Below, one piece after another: positions 21,966 through 31,232 of a stretch of DNA of 64,000 nucleotides. The notes beneath the pieces were generated by a model. The model worked only from the letters and a program-made list of their open reading frames with translations, ran no database searches and had not been told where the DNA came from. Within the stretch, counting starts at the first letter, position 1, and each line of letters begins with the position of its first letter. The translations under genes and the position numbers were made by a program. Origin of the DNA: an uncultured Hyphomicrobiales bacterium (GTDB lineage: Bacteria; Bacteroidota; Ignavibacteria; Kapaibacteriales; UBA2268); assembly GCA_964472015.1 (NCBI GenBank), contig CAYYIP010000003.1, positions 37,957 through 101,956 of the forward strand, given 5' to 3'.

Positions 21966-22470
21966 ATCATAAATTTAATAAATATAATTTTTATATGTTT
22001 TAATTTAAGATAAAATATATGAAAATTATAATATAAGTCTTGTTAATATAGTACTATATTTTGTTATATGTATAGTTATGTTTTTATGATTTCTAATTAT
22101 TATAAAAATTGTATTTATTAGATAAAAATAATTTATAATATAAAACTAACTATTTATATAATAAAGATATTATATAAAAATACTTAGATATAGTTTTTCT
22201 ATTTTTTTAGATAAACTAATCTAGTTTTAAAGATATTAATTCTATAATTAAAAAAAATATTATATAAAAATATGAATATTATATTTTGATAATATAATAT
22301 TTTTTATTAATTTTGTAACAAAATTATATGTAGTATATATTATAGTATAGTTTTATAGATTTATATTGTAGTATTAAAATTAAATTGTTATGAATTTGAA
22401 ATTTATAAGATTAATTTTAATTTTTAATTTTTGAAATAAATATTTAAATAATAAAAAAGAGGATGTCTTT

Positions 22471-25400
22471 ATGAACAAGAAAATTTTATTCCCTAAATTT
22501 TTATTGATGCCATTTATTTTTATGTTATTGTTTCTGTTAAGTACAGAATATGCTTCATCAGAAATGTTTGAAACAGGAATAGGTGCATCTACTTCATCAA
22601 CAAATTATTTCCCCTATTATTTTTATAATTATGCAAGAGCACGAACTCTCTATCCAGCAAATGAGTTATGGGGTGAAGAGGGTGAAATTTATTCTTTTAG
22701 TTTTTACATAACTTCTGCTTCTGTAAGTTCTGGTATGAATAATTTTGCAATTTATATGCGTAATTGTGGTGATAGTACAGCTTATAATAATATTAGTGCA
22801 GTAATAGATACAAGTGCTAGTAGTGGTTTTGTTCGTGTATATAGTGCTAGTCTTTTTGCTCCTGTTGCATCAGATGTAAATGAATGGTATACTTTTGACT
22901 TTGAAACCCCATTCTTTTATGAAGGTAATAGTTTAGAAATCGTTATTGTGCATAATGATGGTTCATATTCAAATAATACAAATTTTTCTGTAAGAACTTA
23001 CTATACAGGTTCACATAGAAGATTAAATTATGCTTATAGTGATTCGCCTGGTAGTCCAACTAATTATTCTTCTGCGATGAATTATGCTGTAAGCGCTAGA
23101 TTTGAATATGAAGCAAGTAAGATGAAATATTTACGTACCGAAATAAATACACCTGAAATACAACAAATATCAGATGTTCAGTATAATCTTTTACAATTTA
23201 ATGTTGTAACAGAAAAATTTAAGGATCCACTTACAGTTAATAATTTAATTATAGATTTATTAGGTACAGATTTAGATGTTGATATTGAGAAAATAGAAGT
23301 TTATTGTACTTATGGTTCTGATTTATTTGCTCTTGGTGCTCCTGTAGGTACACTTACTAATGTTGATTTATTTTCAAAGAATAGAATAATTTTTGATACC
23401 CCTGTTACTTTAGGTGAGGGTTATAATTATTTTTGGATAACTTGTACTGTCAATCCAGCCAATACTTTAGGGGATAGGGTCTTAGATGCTAATTTACTTC
23501 AATTAAGTATAAATGGTGTTTATAAAGATACTGAGGAAGAATATACTAATACCGAAGGTGAAGCCCATATTAATTATACTCCAATTGAACTGTTAGATGT
23601 TCAAACATCTTATACTTTATGTTCTACTCATCCACCTAAACCTATAACAGTTTTGTCTAGAGGTACAGTTATTGGTTATATATGGGAGAGATGGAATGAT
23701 GCGCTTTCGGCATATGAAGTTATTCCTAATGCCACAACTAATACTTATAGTGTTATTACCGAAGAAGTTATGTCAGGTTATGATTTATATAGATTTACTG
23801 CCGTTTCTCCTAAGGGCGGGAATGAAACAATAGTCAATCAATCAGTAGAAATAAGTTTTGATTATGATATGGATTTAGAATATGCAAAGATTTATGATAA
23901 TGGTATTTTAGTAGATGAAGAAGACTTATATATTTTATGTGTTGGTGATGAAGTTATATTGACTAGTGAAATAGTTGGTGATTATAAAGAACTTATTTGG
24001 CAATATAGTACAGATAATATTAATTGGTTTAATATTTCCTTAATAGATATGCCAACAGCTAATACTCCGACTTTAAAATTTATAGCAGATGAAAGATATA
24101 AAAATTCTAAGATAAGATTATCAGTTTTAGGTACCGACGCTTGTGGTACAATAGTTTATAGTAATTCTATGAGTGTCAATGTATTTATGGATCCTTTATT
24201 TGTAACACAACCTTCTTCAGCCTCCTTATGTGCAGGTGAAGATTTTTATACTGCTTTGAATTTTAGTGGCGAAGAGCCAATATATCAGATGTGGTATAAA
24301 GATGGTGTTCCATTAGGAGATGAAAACGATACAATTTATAATAAACAGGAATTAGAATTTACTAATGTAGATGTTAATCTTGCTGGTTCTTATTATTATT
24401 TTATTCGAGTAGAAACTTGTTATGGTATAGTAGAAATGGTATCCGATACAATAATTATATCCGTTTTCCCAAATACCGAAGTACATAATATTACTAAAGG
24501 TAATGTACGTTCTAACGAAGGTGAAACAGCTATTTTAGAGGTTGAAGCAAGTTATGTACCTACCGAATTATATCCTCGTGGACAATTCCAATGGTATCGT
24601 TATGATGTTTTAACCAATACTTCTATTCCATTAGAAAATTCATATAAAATTAAAGGTGCCCAATCTACAGTTTTAGTTATAAATTATATTACATTAGCCG
24701 ATTATACTTTTAATGGTTCTTATTATTATTGTAGGGTTAGCGGGAAATGTGGTTCATCAGTAGATAGTGATCCTATTATGTTAATTCCATCTGAACAGAT
24801 AAAAATTATTAAGCAACCTGAAAGTTTAACCGTATGTTCTACAGTTGGGCTTGTAACCTTAAGTACTCAAGTATTTTCGAGTGAAGATAATTCAAAATTA
24901 CGTTATCAATGGTATTATGATAATACAGCTTTGATAGATGGTGGTGATTATACAGGTGTTGATACTAAAGAATTAAATGTAACCATAAATAGTTCAACAA
25001 AATATCCTATGCCATTTTATTGTAAGATTTGGCTTGAAGGTAATGATCCTAACTTAGATTTTATTAAAACTTCAGAAGTTATTATAGATGTTTTAGAAGA
25101 TTATCAACCTGAATTATCTTCATCTACTTTAAATGGAGACCCTGTTTTACTTGATGGTTTAACTACATCTTTAACAGTTGGTTCAGAATTAAATATTCAT
25201 ATAGAGACTTTAAATCCGAATACTGATATCATTCATTGGGCGAAGCGTAATTCAGTTAGTGGCGAATATGACTTACTTGGTTTAAGTGGGAATGATTTTG
25301 TTATTCCATCTTTAAGTTTAACGGATGCGGGAGATTATGCTATTATCATCAAAAATGAATGTGAAACAGCTACTCTTTTAATTGAATTTGTTTTAGAAGT

Positions 25401-25710
25401 TGAAGAATTTATAGATGAAACTACTAACACAGGTATAAGTATATTATCTATAGATAATATCGAGTTACTTCCTAATCCAGTTACTTCTATTTTACAAGTT
25501 AAGTATTTATCATCTTTATCTTCTGAAACCGAACTAACAATTTTAGATTTATGTGGTTCAGTATTATATAAAACATTACTACATAGTACAATAGGTTTAA
25601 ATGAATTTACAATAGATTTCAATAAGTTACATATTTCTAATGGAAGTTATTTTGTTCGTATAAATTCACGGGATAACTTTATAATAAAATCATTTGTATT
25701 ATCAAAATAA
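22471..25710 (+). CDS. large secreted Ig-like-repeat adhesin-type protein with T9SS type-A C-terminal sorting domain (copy 1)
   Basis: Signal peptide. Recurrent Ig-fold D-x-G-x-Y-x-C motifs (LAGSYYYFIRVETCYG, FNGSYYYCRVSGKCG, DAGDYAIIIKNECETA). C-terminal LLPNPVTSILQVKYLSS...LDLCGSVLYK is a T9SS CTD. Confidence 0.7.
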   Translation: MNKKILFPKFLLMPFIFMLLFLLSTEYASSEMFETGIGASTSSTNYFPYYFYNYARARTLYPANELWGEEGEIYSFSFYITSASVSSGMNNFAIYMRNCGDSTAYNNISAVIDTSASSGFVRVYSASLFAPVASDVNEWYTFDFETPFFYEGNSLEIVIVHNDGSYSNNTNFSVRTYYTGSHRRLNYAYSDSPGSPTNYSSAMNYAVSARFEYEASKMKYLRTEINTPEIQQISDVQYNLLQFNVVTEKFKDPLTVNNLIIDLLGTDLDVDIEKIEVYCTYGSDLFALGAPVGTLTNVDLFSKNRIIFDTPVTLGEGYNYFWITCTVNPANTLGDRVLDANLLQLSINGVYKDTEEEYTNTEGEAHINYTPIELLDVQTSYTLCSTHPPKPITVLSRGTVIGYIWERWNDALSAYEVIPNATTNTYSVITEEVMSGYDLYRFTAVSPKGGNETIVNQSVEISFDYDMDLEYAKIYDNGILVDEEDLYILCVGDEVILTSEIVGDYKELIWQYSTDNINWFNISLIDMPTANTPTLKFIADERYKNSKIRLSVLGTDACGTIVYSNSMSVNVFMDPLFVTQPSSASLCAGEDFYTALNFSGEEPIYQMWYKDGVPLGDENDTIYNKQELEFTNVDVNLAGSYYYFIRVETCYGIVEMVSDTIIISVFPNTEVHNITKGNVRSNEGETAILEVEASYVPTELYPRGQFQWYRYDVLTNTSIPLENSYKIKGAQSTVLVINYITLADYTFNGSYYYCRVSGKCGSSVDSDPIMLIPSEQIKIIKQPESLTVCSTVGLVTLSTQVFSSEDNSKLRYQWYYDNTALIDGGDYTGVDTKELNVTINSSTKYPMPFYCKIWLEGNDPNLDFIKTSEVIIDVLEDYQPELSSSTLNGDPVLLDGLTTSLTVGSELNIHIETLNPNTDIIHWAKRNSVSGEYDLLGLSGNDFVIPSLSLTDAGDYAIIIKNECETATLLIEFVLEVEEFIDETTNTGISILSIDNIELLPNPVTSILQVKYLSSLSSETELTILDLCGSVLYKTLLHSTIGLNEFTIDFNKLHISNGSYFVRINSRDNFIIKSFVLSK

Positions 25711-25778
25711 TGTTATTATTCTTATTATTATTATCTATTTATTAATATTTTAATATTAATGATTTTATTTTTAGAATA

Positions 25779-25813
25779 AAAAAAGAACCTTATTTAATAA
25801 GGTTCTTTTTTTT
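25779..25813 (+). terminator. rho-independent terminator (aagaacc-ttatttaataa-ggttctt followed by T9)
   Basis: Perfect 7-bp GC-containing stem, 11-nt loop, and a run of T directly downstream. Confidence 0.7.
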
Positions 25814-26203
25814 TACGACTCCATAAAATTTTATAACAATTATATTTTTTTTATTTTTTTTATGTTTTATTCGTTTTTTTCTACAAACATGAAAAAAAAA
25901 TTTGGTTATATTATTGTAGAACTCCTAAAAAACAGTTGTTGATTTTATATAAAAATATTATTTTAAATATGAAAATATATATGTAATATACTATGTATTC
26001 CAAATGTATATTACAATATTTAAATCAAAAATTATTATAAAAAATTATTTGTTTTTGTTAAAAATTTATTATTGTAATTATTATAATAATTTTGATAAAA
26101 TTAATATAGATACATTTTGCTAAGAAATGTGTCTATATAATTAAAGATAGATAATAAATAATAAATAAGAAATATTAATATTTTTTTTGATTTTAGAGGT
26201 GTT

Positions 26204-29200
26204 TTTTTATGAACAAGAAAATTTTATTCCCTAAATTTTTATTGATGCCATTTATTTTTATGTTATTGTTTCTGTTAAGTACAGAATATGCTTCATCAGA
26301 AATGTTTGAAACAGGAATAGGTGCATCTACTTCATCAACAAATTATTTCCCCTATTATTTTTATAATTATGCAAGAGCACGAACTCTCTATCCAGCAAAT
26401 GAGTTATGGGGTGAAGAGGGTGAAATTTATTCTTTTAGTTTTTACATAACTTCTGCTTCTGTAAGTTCTGGTATGAATAATTTTGCAATTTATATGCGTA
26501 ATTGTGGTGATAGTACAGCTTATAATAATATTAGTGCAGTAATAGATACAAGTGCTAGTAGTGGTTTTGTTCGTGTATATAGTGCTAGTCTTTTTGCTCC
26601 TGTTGCATCAGATGTAAATGAATGGTATACTTTTGACTTTGAAACCCCATTCTTTTATGAAGGTAATAGTTTAGAAATCGTTATTGTGCATAATGATGGT
26701 TCATATTCAAATAATACAAATTTTTCTGTAAGAACTTACTATACAGGTTCACATAGAAGATTAAATTATGCTTATAGTGATTCGCCTGGTAGTCCAACTA
26801 ATTATTCTTCTGCGATGAATTATGCTGTAAGCGCTAGATTTGAATATGAAGCAAGTAAGATGAAATATTTACGTACCGAAATAAATACACCTGAAATACA
26901 ACAAATATCAGATGTTCAGTATAATCTTTTACAATTTAATGTTGTAACAGAAAAATTTAAGGATCCACTTACAGTTAATAATTTAATTATAGATTTATTA
27001 GGTACAGATTTAGATGTTGATATTGAGAAAATAGAAGTTTATTGTACTTATGGTTCTGATTTATTTGCTCTTGGTGCTCCTGTAGGTACACTTACTAATG
27101 TTGATTTATTTTCAAAGAATAGAATAATTTTTGATACCCCTGTTACTTTAGGTGAGGGTTATAATTATTTTTGGATAACTTGTACTGTCAATCCAGCCAA
27201 TACTTTAGGGGATAGGGTCTTAGATGCTAATTTACTTCAATTAAGTATAAATGGTGTTTATAAAGATACTGAGGAAGAATATACTAATACCGAAGGTGAA
27301 GCCCATATTAATTATACTCCAATTGAACTGTTAGATGTTCAAACATCTTATACTTTATGTTCTACTCATCCACCTAAACCTATAACAGTTTTGTCTAGAG
27401 GTACAGTTATTGGTTATATATGGGAGAGATGGAATGATGCGCTTTCGGCATATGAAGTTATTCCTAATGCCACAACTAATACTTATAGTGTTATTACCGA
27501 AGAAGTTATGTCAGGTTATGATTTATATAGATTTACTGCCGTTTCTCCTAAGGGCGGGAATGAAACAATAGTCAATCAATCAGTAGAAATAAGTTTTGAT
27601 TATGATATGGATTTAGAATATGCAAAGATTTATGATAATGGTATTTTAGTAGATGAAGAAGACTTATATATTTTATGTGTTGGTGATGAAGTTATATTGA
27701 CTAGTGAAATAGTTGGTGATTATAAAGAACTTATTTGGCAATATAGTACAGATAATATTAATTGGTTTAATATTTCCTTAATAGATATGCCAACAGCTAA
27801 TACTCCGACTTTAAAATTTATAGCAGATGAAAGATATAAAAATTCTAAGATAAGATTATCAGTTTTAGGTACCGACGCTTGTGGTACAATAGTTTATAGT
27901 AATTCTATGAGTGTCAATGTATTTATGGATCCTTTATTTGTAACACAACCTTCTTCAGCCTCCTTATGTGCAGGTGAAGATTTTTATACTGCTTTGAATT
28001 TTAGTGGCGAAGAGCCAATATATCAGATGTGGTATAAAGATGGTGTTCCATTAGGAGATGAAAACGATACAATTTATAATAAACAGGAATTAGAATTTAC
28101 TAATGTAGATGTTAATCTTGCTGGTTCTTATTATTATTTTATTCGAGTAGAAACTTGTTATGGTATAGTAGAAATGGTATCCGATACAATAATTATATCC
28201 GTTTTCCCAAATACCGAAGTACATAATATTACTAAAGGTAATGTACGTTCTAACGAAGGTGAAACAGCTATTTTAGAGGTTGAAGCAAGTTATGTACCTA
28301 CCGAATTATATCCTCGTGGACAATTCCAATGGTATCGTTATGATGTTTTAACCAATACTTCTATTCCATTAGAAAATTCATATAAAATTAAAGGTGCCCA
28401 ATCTACAGTTTTAGTTATAAATTATATTACATTAGCCGATTATACTTTTAATGGTTCTTATTATTATTGTAGGGTTAGCGGGAAATGTGGTTCATCAGTA
28501 GATAGTGATCCTATTATGTTAATTCCATCTGAACAGATAAAAATTATTAAGCAACCTGAAAGTTTAACCGTATGTTCTACAGTTGGGCTTGTAACCTTAA
28601 GTACTCAAGTATTTTCGAGTGAAGATAATTCAAAATTACGTTATCAATGGTATTATGATAATACAGCTTTGATAGATGGTGGTGATTATACAGGTGTTGA
28701 TACTAAAGAATTAAATGTAACCATAAATAGTTCAACAAAATATCCTATGCCATTTTATTGTAAGATTTGGCTTGAAGGTAATGATCCTAACTTAGATTTT
28801 ATTAAAACTTCAGAAGTTATTATAGATGTTTTAGAAGATTATCAACCTGAATTATCTTCATCTACTTTAAATGGAGACCCTGTTTTACTTGATGGTTTAA
28901 CTACATCTTTAACAGTTGGTTCAGAATTAAATATTCATATAGAGACTTTAAATCCGAATACTGATATCATTCATTGGGCGAAGCGTAATTCAGTTAGTGG
29001 CGAATATGACTTACTTGGTTTAAGTGGGAATGATTTTGTTATTCCATCTTTAAGTTTAACGGATGCGGGAGATTATGCTATTATCATCAAAAATGAATGT
29101 GAAACAGCTACTCTTTTAATTGAATTTGTTTTAGAAGTTGAAGAATTTATAGATGAAACTACTAACACAGGTATAAGTATATTATCTATAGATAATATCG

Positions 29201-29546
29201 AGTTACTTCCTAATCCAGTTACTTCTATTTTACAAGTTAAGTATTTATCATCTTTATCTTCTGAAACCGAACTAACAATTTTAGATTTATGTGGTTCAGT
29301 ATTATATAAAACATTACTACATAGTACAATAGGTTTAAATGAATTTACAATAGATTTCAATAAGTTACATATTTCTAATGGAAGTTATTTTGTTCGTATA
29401 AATTCACGAGATAACTTTATAATAAAATCATTTGTATTATCAAAATAATGTTAATATTCTTATTATTATCTATTTATTAATATTTTAATATTAATAATTT
29501 TATTTTTAGAATAAAAAAAGAACCTTATTTAATAAGGTTCTTTTTT
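26204..29546. repeat. tandem duplication copy 2
   Basis: See copy 1. The encoded 1079-aa protein is identical in the ORF track. Confidence 0.9.
26209..29448 (+). CDS. large secreted Ig-like-repeat adhesin-type protein with T9SS type-A C-terminal sorting domain (copy 2, protein identical to copy 1)
   Basis: Identical 1079-aa translation. A different 5' flank means its own promoter and RBS context (agaggtgttttttt ATG versus aagaggatgtcttt ATG). Confidence 0.7.
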   Translation: MNKKILFPKFLLMPFIFMLLFLLSTEYASSEMFETGIGASTSSTNYFPYYFYNYARARTLYPANELWGEEGEIYSFSFYITSASVSSGMNNFAIYMRNCGDSTAYNNISAVIDTSASSGFVRVYSASLFAPVASDVNEWYTFDFETPFFYEGNSLEIVIVHNDGSYSNNTNFSVRTYYTGSHRRLNYAYSDSPGSPTNYSSAMNYAVSARFEYEASKMKYLRTEINTPEIQQISDVQYNLLQFNVVTEKFKDPLTVNNLIIDLLGTDLDVDIEKIEVYCTYGSDLFALGAPVGTLTNVDLFSKNRIIFDTPVTLGEGYNYFWITCTVNPANTLGDRVLDANLLQLSINGVYKDTEEEYTNTEGEAHINYTPIELLDVQTSYTLCSTHPPKPITVLSRGTVIGYIWERWNDALSAYEVIPNATTNTYSVITEEVMSGYDLYRFTAVSPKGGNETIVNQSVEISFDYDMDLEYAKIYDNGILVDEEDLYILCVGDEVILTSEIVGDYKELIWQYSTDNINWFNISLIDMPTANTPTLKFIADERYKNSKIRLSVLGTDACGTIVYSNSMSVNVFMDPLFVTQPSSASLCAGEDFYTALNFSGEEPIYQMWYKDGVPLGDENDTIYNKQELEFTNVDVNLAGSYYYFIRVETCYGIVEMVSDTIIISVFPNTEVHNITKGNVRSNEGETAILEVEASYVPTELYPRGQFQWYRYDVLTNTSIPLENSYKIKGAQSTVLVINYITLADYTFNGSYYYCRVSGKCGSSVDSDPIMLIPSEQIKIIKQPESLTVCSTVGLVTLSTQVFSSEDNSKLRYQWYYDNTALIDGGDYTGVDTKELNVTINSSTKYPMPFYCKIWLEGNDPNLDFIKTSEVIIDVLEDYQPELSSSTLNGDPVLLDGLTTSLTVGSELNIHIETLNPNTDIIHWAKRNSVSGEYDLLGLSGNDFVIPSLSLTDAGDYAIIIKNECETATLLIEFVLEVEEFIDETTNTGISILSIDNIELLPNPVTSILQVKYLSSLSSETELTILDLCGSVLYKTLLHSTIGLNEFTIDFNKLHISNGSYFVRINSRDNFIIKSFVLSK

Positions 29547-29547
29547 T
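29512..29547 (+). terminator. rho-independent terminator (duplicate of 25779..25813)
   Basis: Same stem-loop aagaacc/ggttctt, followed by T7. Confidence 0.7.
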
Positions 29548-29588
29548 ATAATCTGAAAAACTGAAAATATTGTTTATTATATTATTAT

Positions 29589-30515
29589 TTAATTATTAAT
29601 ATTATTTTGAAAAAATTTAATTGTATCTTTTATTCCATCATCAAACAATATAGTTGGTGTCCATCCAAATTTATCTTTGATTTTTTTTATACTAATACAA
29701 CTTTTTCGTTGTTCGCCATCTTTTGCTTTTCCATGTATTTCTGGGAAATTTTTATTCATATGGTTTTGTATTGTTTGAAAAACTTTATTTGTTGTTGTTT
29801 CTATTCCTGTTCCTACATTATAAATTCCAGAACTATCTTTTCTTAATGCTATTAAGTTTGCTTTTACAACATCAGATATATGTATATAATCACGAGTATA
29901 AAATCCATCACCATTAATTATAGGTTGTTCATTTAATAATAATTTTTTGATAAATATTGCAACTACACCAGCTTCGCCATTAGGATTTTGGCGTGCTCCA
30001 TATACATTTGCATATCTTAGAATAGTATAATCTAGATTATATATTTTTTTATAATAATATAAAAATTTTTCATTAGTTAATTTTGATATACCATAAGGAG
30101 AGCAAGGTTGAGTATTTGCTGTTTCTGGTGTAGGGATTTCTACTTCTTCACCATATATAGCGCCGCCTGTTGAAGCAAAAATTATTTTTTTTACATTTGT
30201 TTTTATTGCTGCTTCATATATATTTAAACTTCCTAATACATTTATATTTGCATCAAAAATTGGATTCTCTACAGAAAAACGTACATTCATTTGTGCAGCA
30301 TGATGTGAAATTATATCAAATTTTTCTTTTTCAAATATATCAATTATATTTTTGTTTGTAATATCAATATTATAAAATTTTGCATTTTTATTTATGTTGT
30401 TTATATTTCCAGAACTTAGATTATCAATAATAACTACATTATGTCCAAGTTTTATATAGGCATCTGCTATATGTGAGGCTATAAAGCCTGCACCACCAGT
30501 TACTAATATTTTCAT
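29589..30515 (-). CDS. NAD-dependent epimerase/dehydratase (GalE-like, short-chain SDR)
   Basis: N-terminal Rossmann motif MKILVTGGAGFIASHI; YxxxK-region (YGISK); ~308 aa. Confidence 0.8.
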   Translation of the reverse strand: MKILVTGGAGFIASHIADAYIKLGHNVVIIDNLSSGNINNINKNAKFYNIDITNKNIIDIFEKEKFDIISHHAAQMNVRFSVENPIFDANINVLGSLNIYEAAIKTNVKKIIFASTGGAIYGEEVEIPTPETANTQPCSPYGISKLTNEKFLYYYKKIYNLDYTILRYANVYGARQNPNGEAGVVAIFIKKLLLNEQPIINGDGFYTRDYIHISDVVKANLIALRKDSSGIYNVGTGIETTTNKVFQTIQNHMNKNFPEIHGKAKDGEQRKSCISIKKIKDKFGWTPTILFDDGIKDTIKFFQNNINN

Positions 30516-30673
30516 ACTATTTTTATATTTAATATATTTTAATAATTAAATTACAAAGTTACATAATTTAAAATAATATAAAAAATTTTTTGTTATAAAT
30601 ATACTTTGATAATATCAAAAATTTGTTTAACTTTGTAAAATACTTTATATTATATAACTAAAAAAAATAAATA

Positions 30674-31054
30674 ATGAAAAAAATAATTAATTCAAAAAAA
30701 GCTCCGGCACCAATAGGACCTTATTCTCATTCAATATTGGTTTCTGGTAATTTACTTTTTATTTCAGGACAAATTCCTTTTGATGCAGAAGGTAATCTTG
30801 TAGGTGATAATATTGTTTCACAAACTCATCAATCAATAAAAAATATAGAAGCTATTGTTAATGAAGCAGGTGGAAAACTAAGTGATATTGTTAAGGTAAC
30901 TGTTTTAATGAAAGATATGAATGATTTTGGTAAAATGAATGAAGTTTATGATAGTTACTTTAATTTAACTAAACCAGCAAGAGCAGCTTATCAAGTTGCA
31001 AGATTACCTAAAGATGTGTTGGTAGAAATAGAAGCTATAGCTTGTATCGACTAA
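30674..31054 (+). CDS. ridA: RidA/YjgF family reactive-intermediate deaminase
   Basis: [12 protein letters not shown] start and ~126 aa length are typical of RidA. Confidence 0.85.
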   Translation: MKKIINSKKAPAPIGPYSHSILVSGNLLFISGQIPFDAEGNLVGDNIVSQTHQSIKNIEAIVNEAGGKLSDIVKVTVLMKDMNDFGKMNEVYDSYFNLTKPARAAYQVARLPKDVLVEIEAIACID

Positions 31055-31102
31055 AACAGTAAGTATATTACTATATATAACTATAAGTGTAAAATATTAA
31101 AT

Positions 31103-31138
31103 AAAAAACGCAATAAAGTTATTTATTGCGTTTTTTTA
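31103..31138. terminator. bidirectional terminator (A-run, acgcaataaa-gtta-tttattgcgt, T-run)
   Basis: Perfect 10-bp stem flanked by an A-tract upstream and a T-tract downstream. It sits between ridA (+) and the 3' end of the minus-strand tRNA-Asp. Confidence 0.65.
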
Positions 31139-31157
31139 TTTAATTCAAATCAAAAAG

Positions 31158-31232
31158 CGGAGCTGACGAGACTCGAACTCGCGGCCTCCTGCGTGACAGG
31201 CAGGCGCTCTAACCAAACTGAGCTACAACTCC
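31158..31232 (-). tRNA. tRNA-Asp (anticodon GTC)
   Basis: Reverse complement GGAGTTGTAGCTCAGTTTGGTTAGAGCGCCTGCCTGTCACGCAGGAGGCCGCGAGTTCGAGTCTCGTCAGCTCCG folds by hand into a cloverleaf: 7-bp acceptor stem, D-arm GCTC/GAGC, anticodon stem CCTGC/GCAGG with loop CTGTCAC, T-arm GCGAG/CTCGT with TTCGAGT loop, discriminator G. No CCA is encoded. Confidence 0.85.

Larger units (their letters stand above)
22466..25813. repeat. tandem duplication copy 1 (about 3.35 kb; CDS plus 3' UTR plus terminator)
   Basis: Sequence is near-identical to 26204..29546 (offset 3738 bp). By spot comparison I found one synonymous difference in the CDS (cgg at 25676-8 vs cga) and 2-3 indels or substitutions in the ~100-nt 3' UTR. 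Upstream and downstream flanks differ. Confidence 0.9.

Noticed and set aside
21875-22470. Looked for CRISPR-like direct repeats, IS inverted repeats or integrase genes in the long AT-rich intergenic tracts (also 25814-26208, 53773-54334, 60111-60518)
   Set aside because: No regularly spaced direct repeats, no transposase or integrase ORFs, and no terminal inverted repeats were seen. These look like plain AT-rich promoter or leader DNA.
25335-25622. 95-aa antisense ORFs inside both adhesin copies (also 29073-29360)
   Set aside because: They lie wholly within and opposite to a strongly supported 1079-aa CDS and are duplicated only because the host gene is duplicated. No independent signal supports them.
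22466-29547. Possibility that the tandem duplication is an assembly artefact
   Set aside because: I did not accept this as the default. The copies have distinct flanks, a unique spacer and a few point and indel differences, which argues for two real loci. It cannot be fully excluded without reads, and it is listed as the refutation test.
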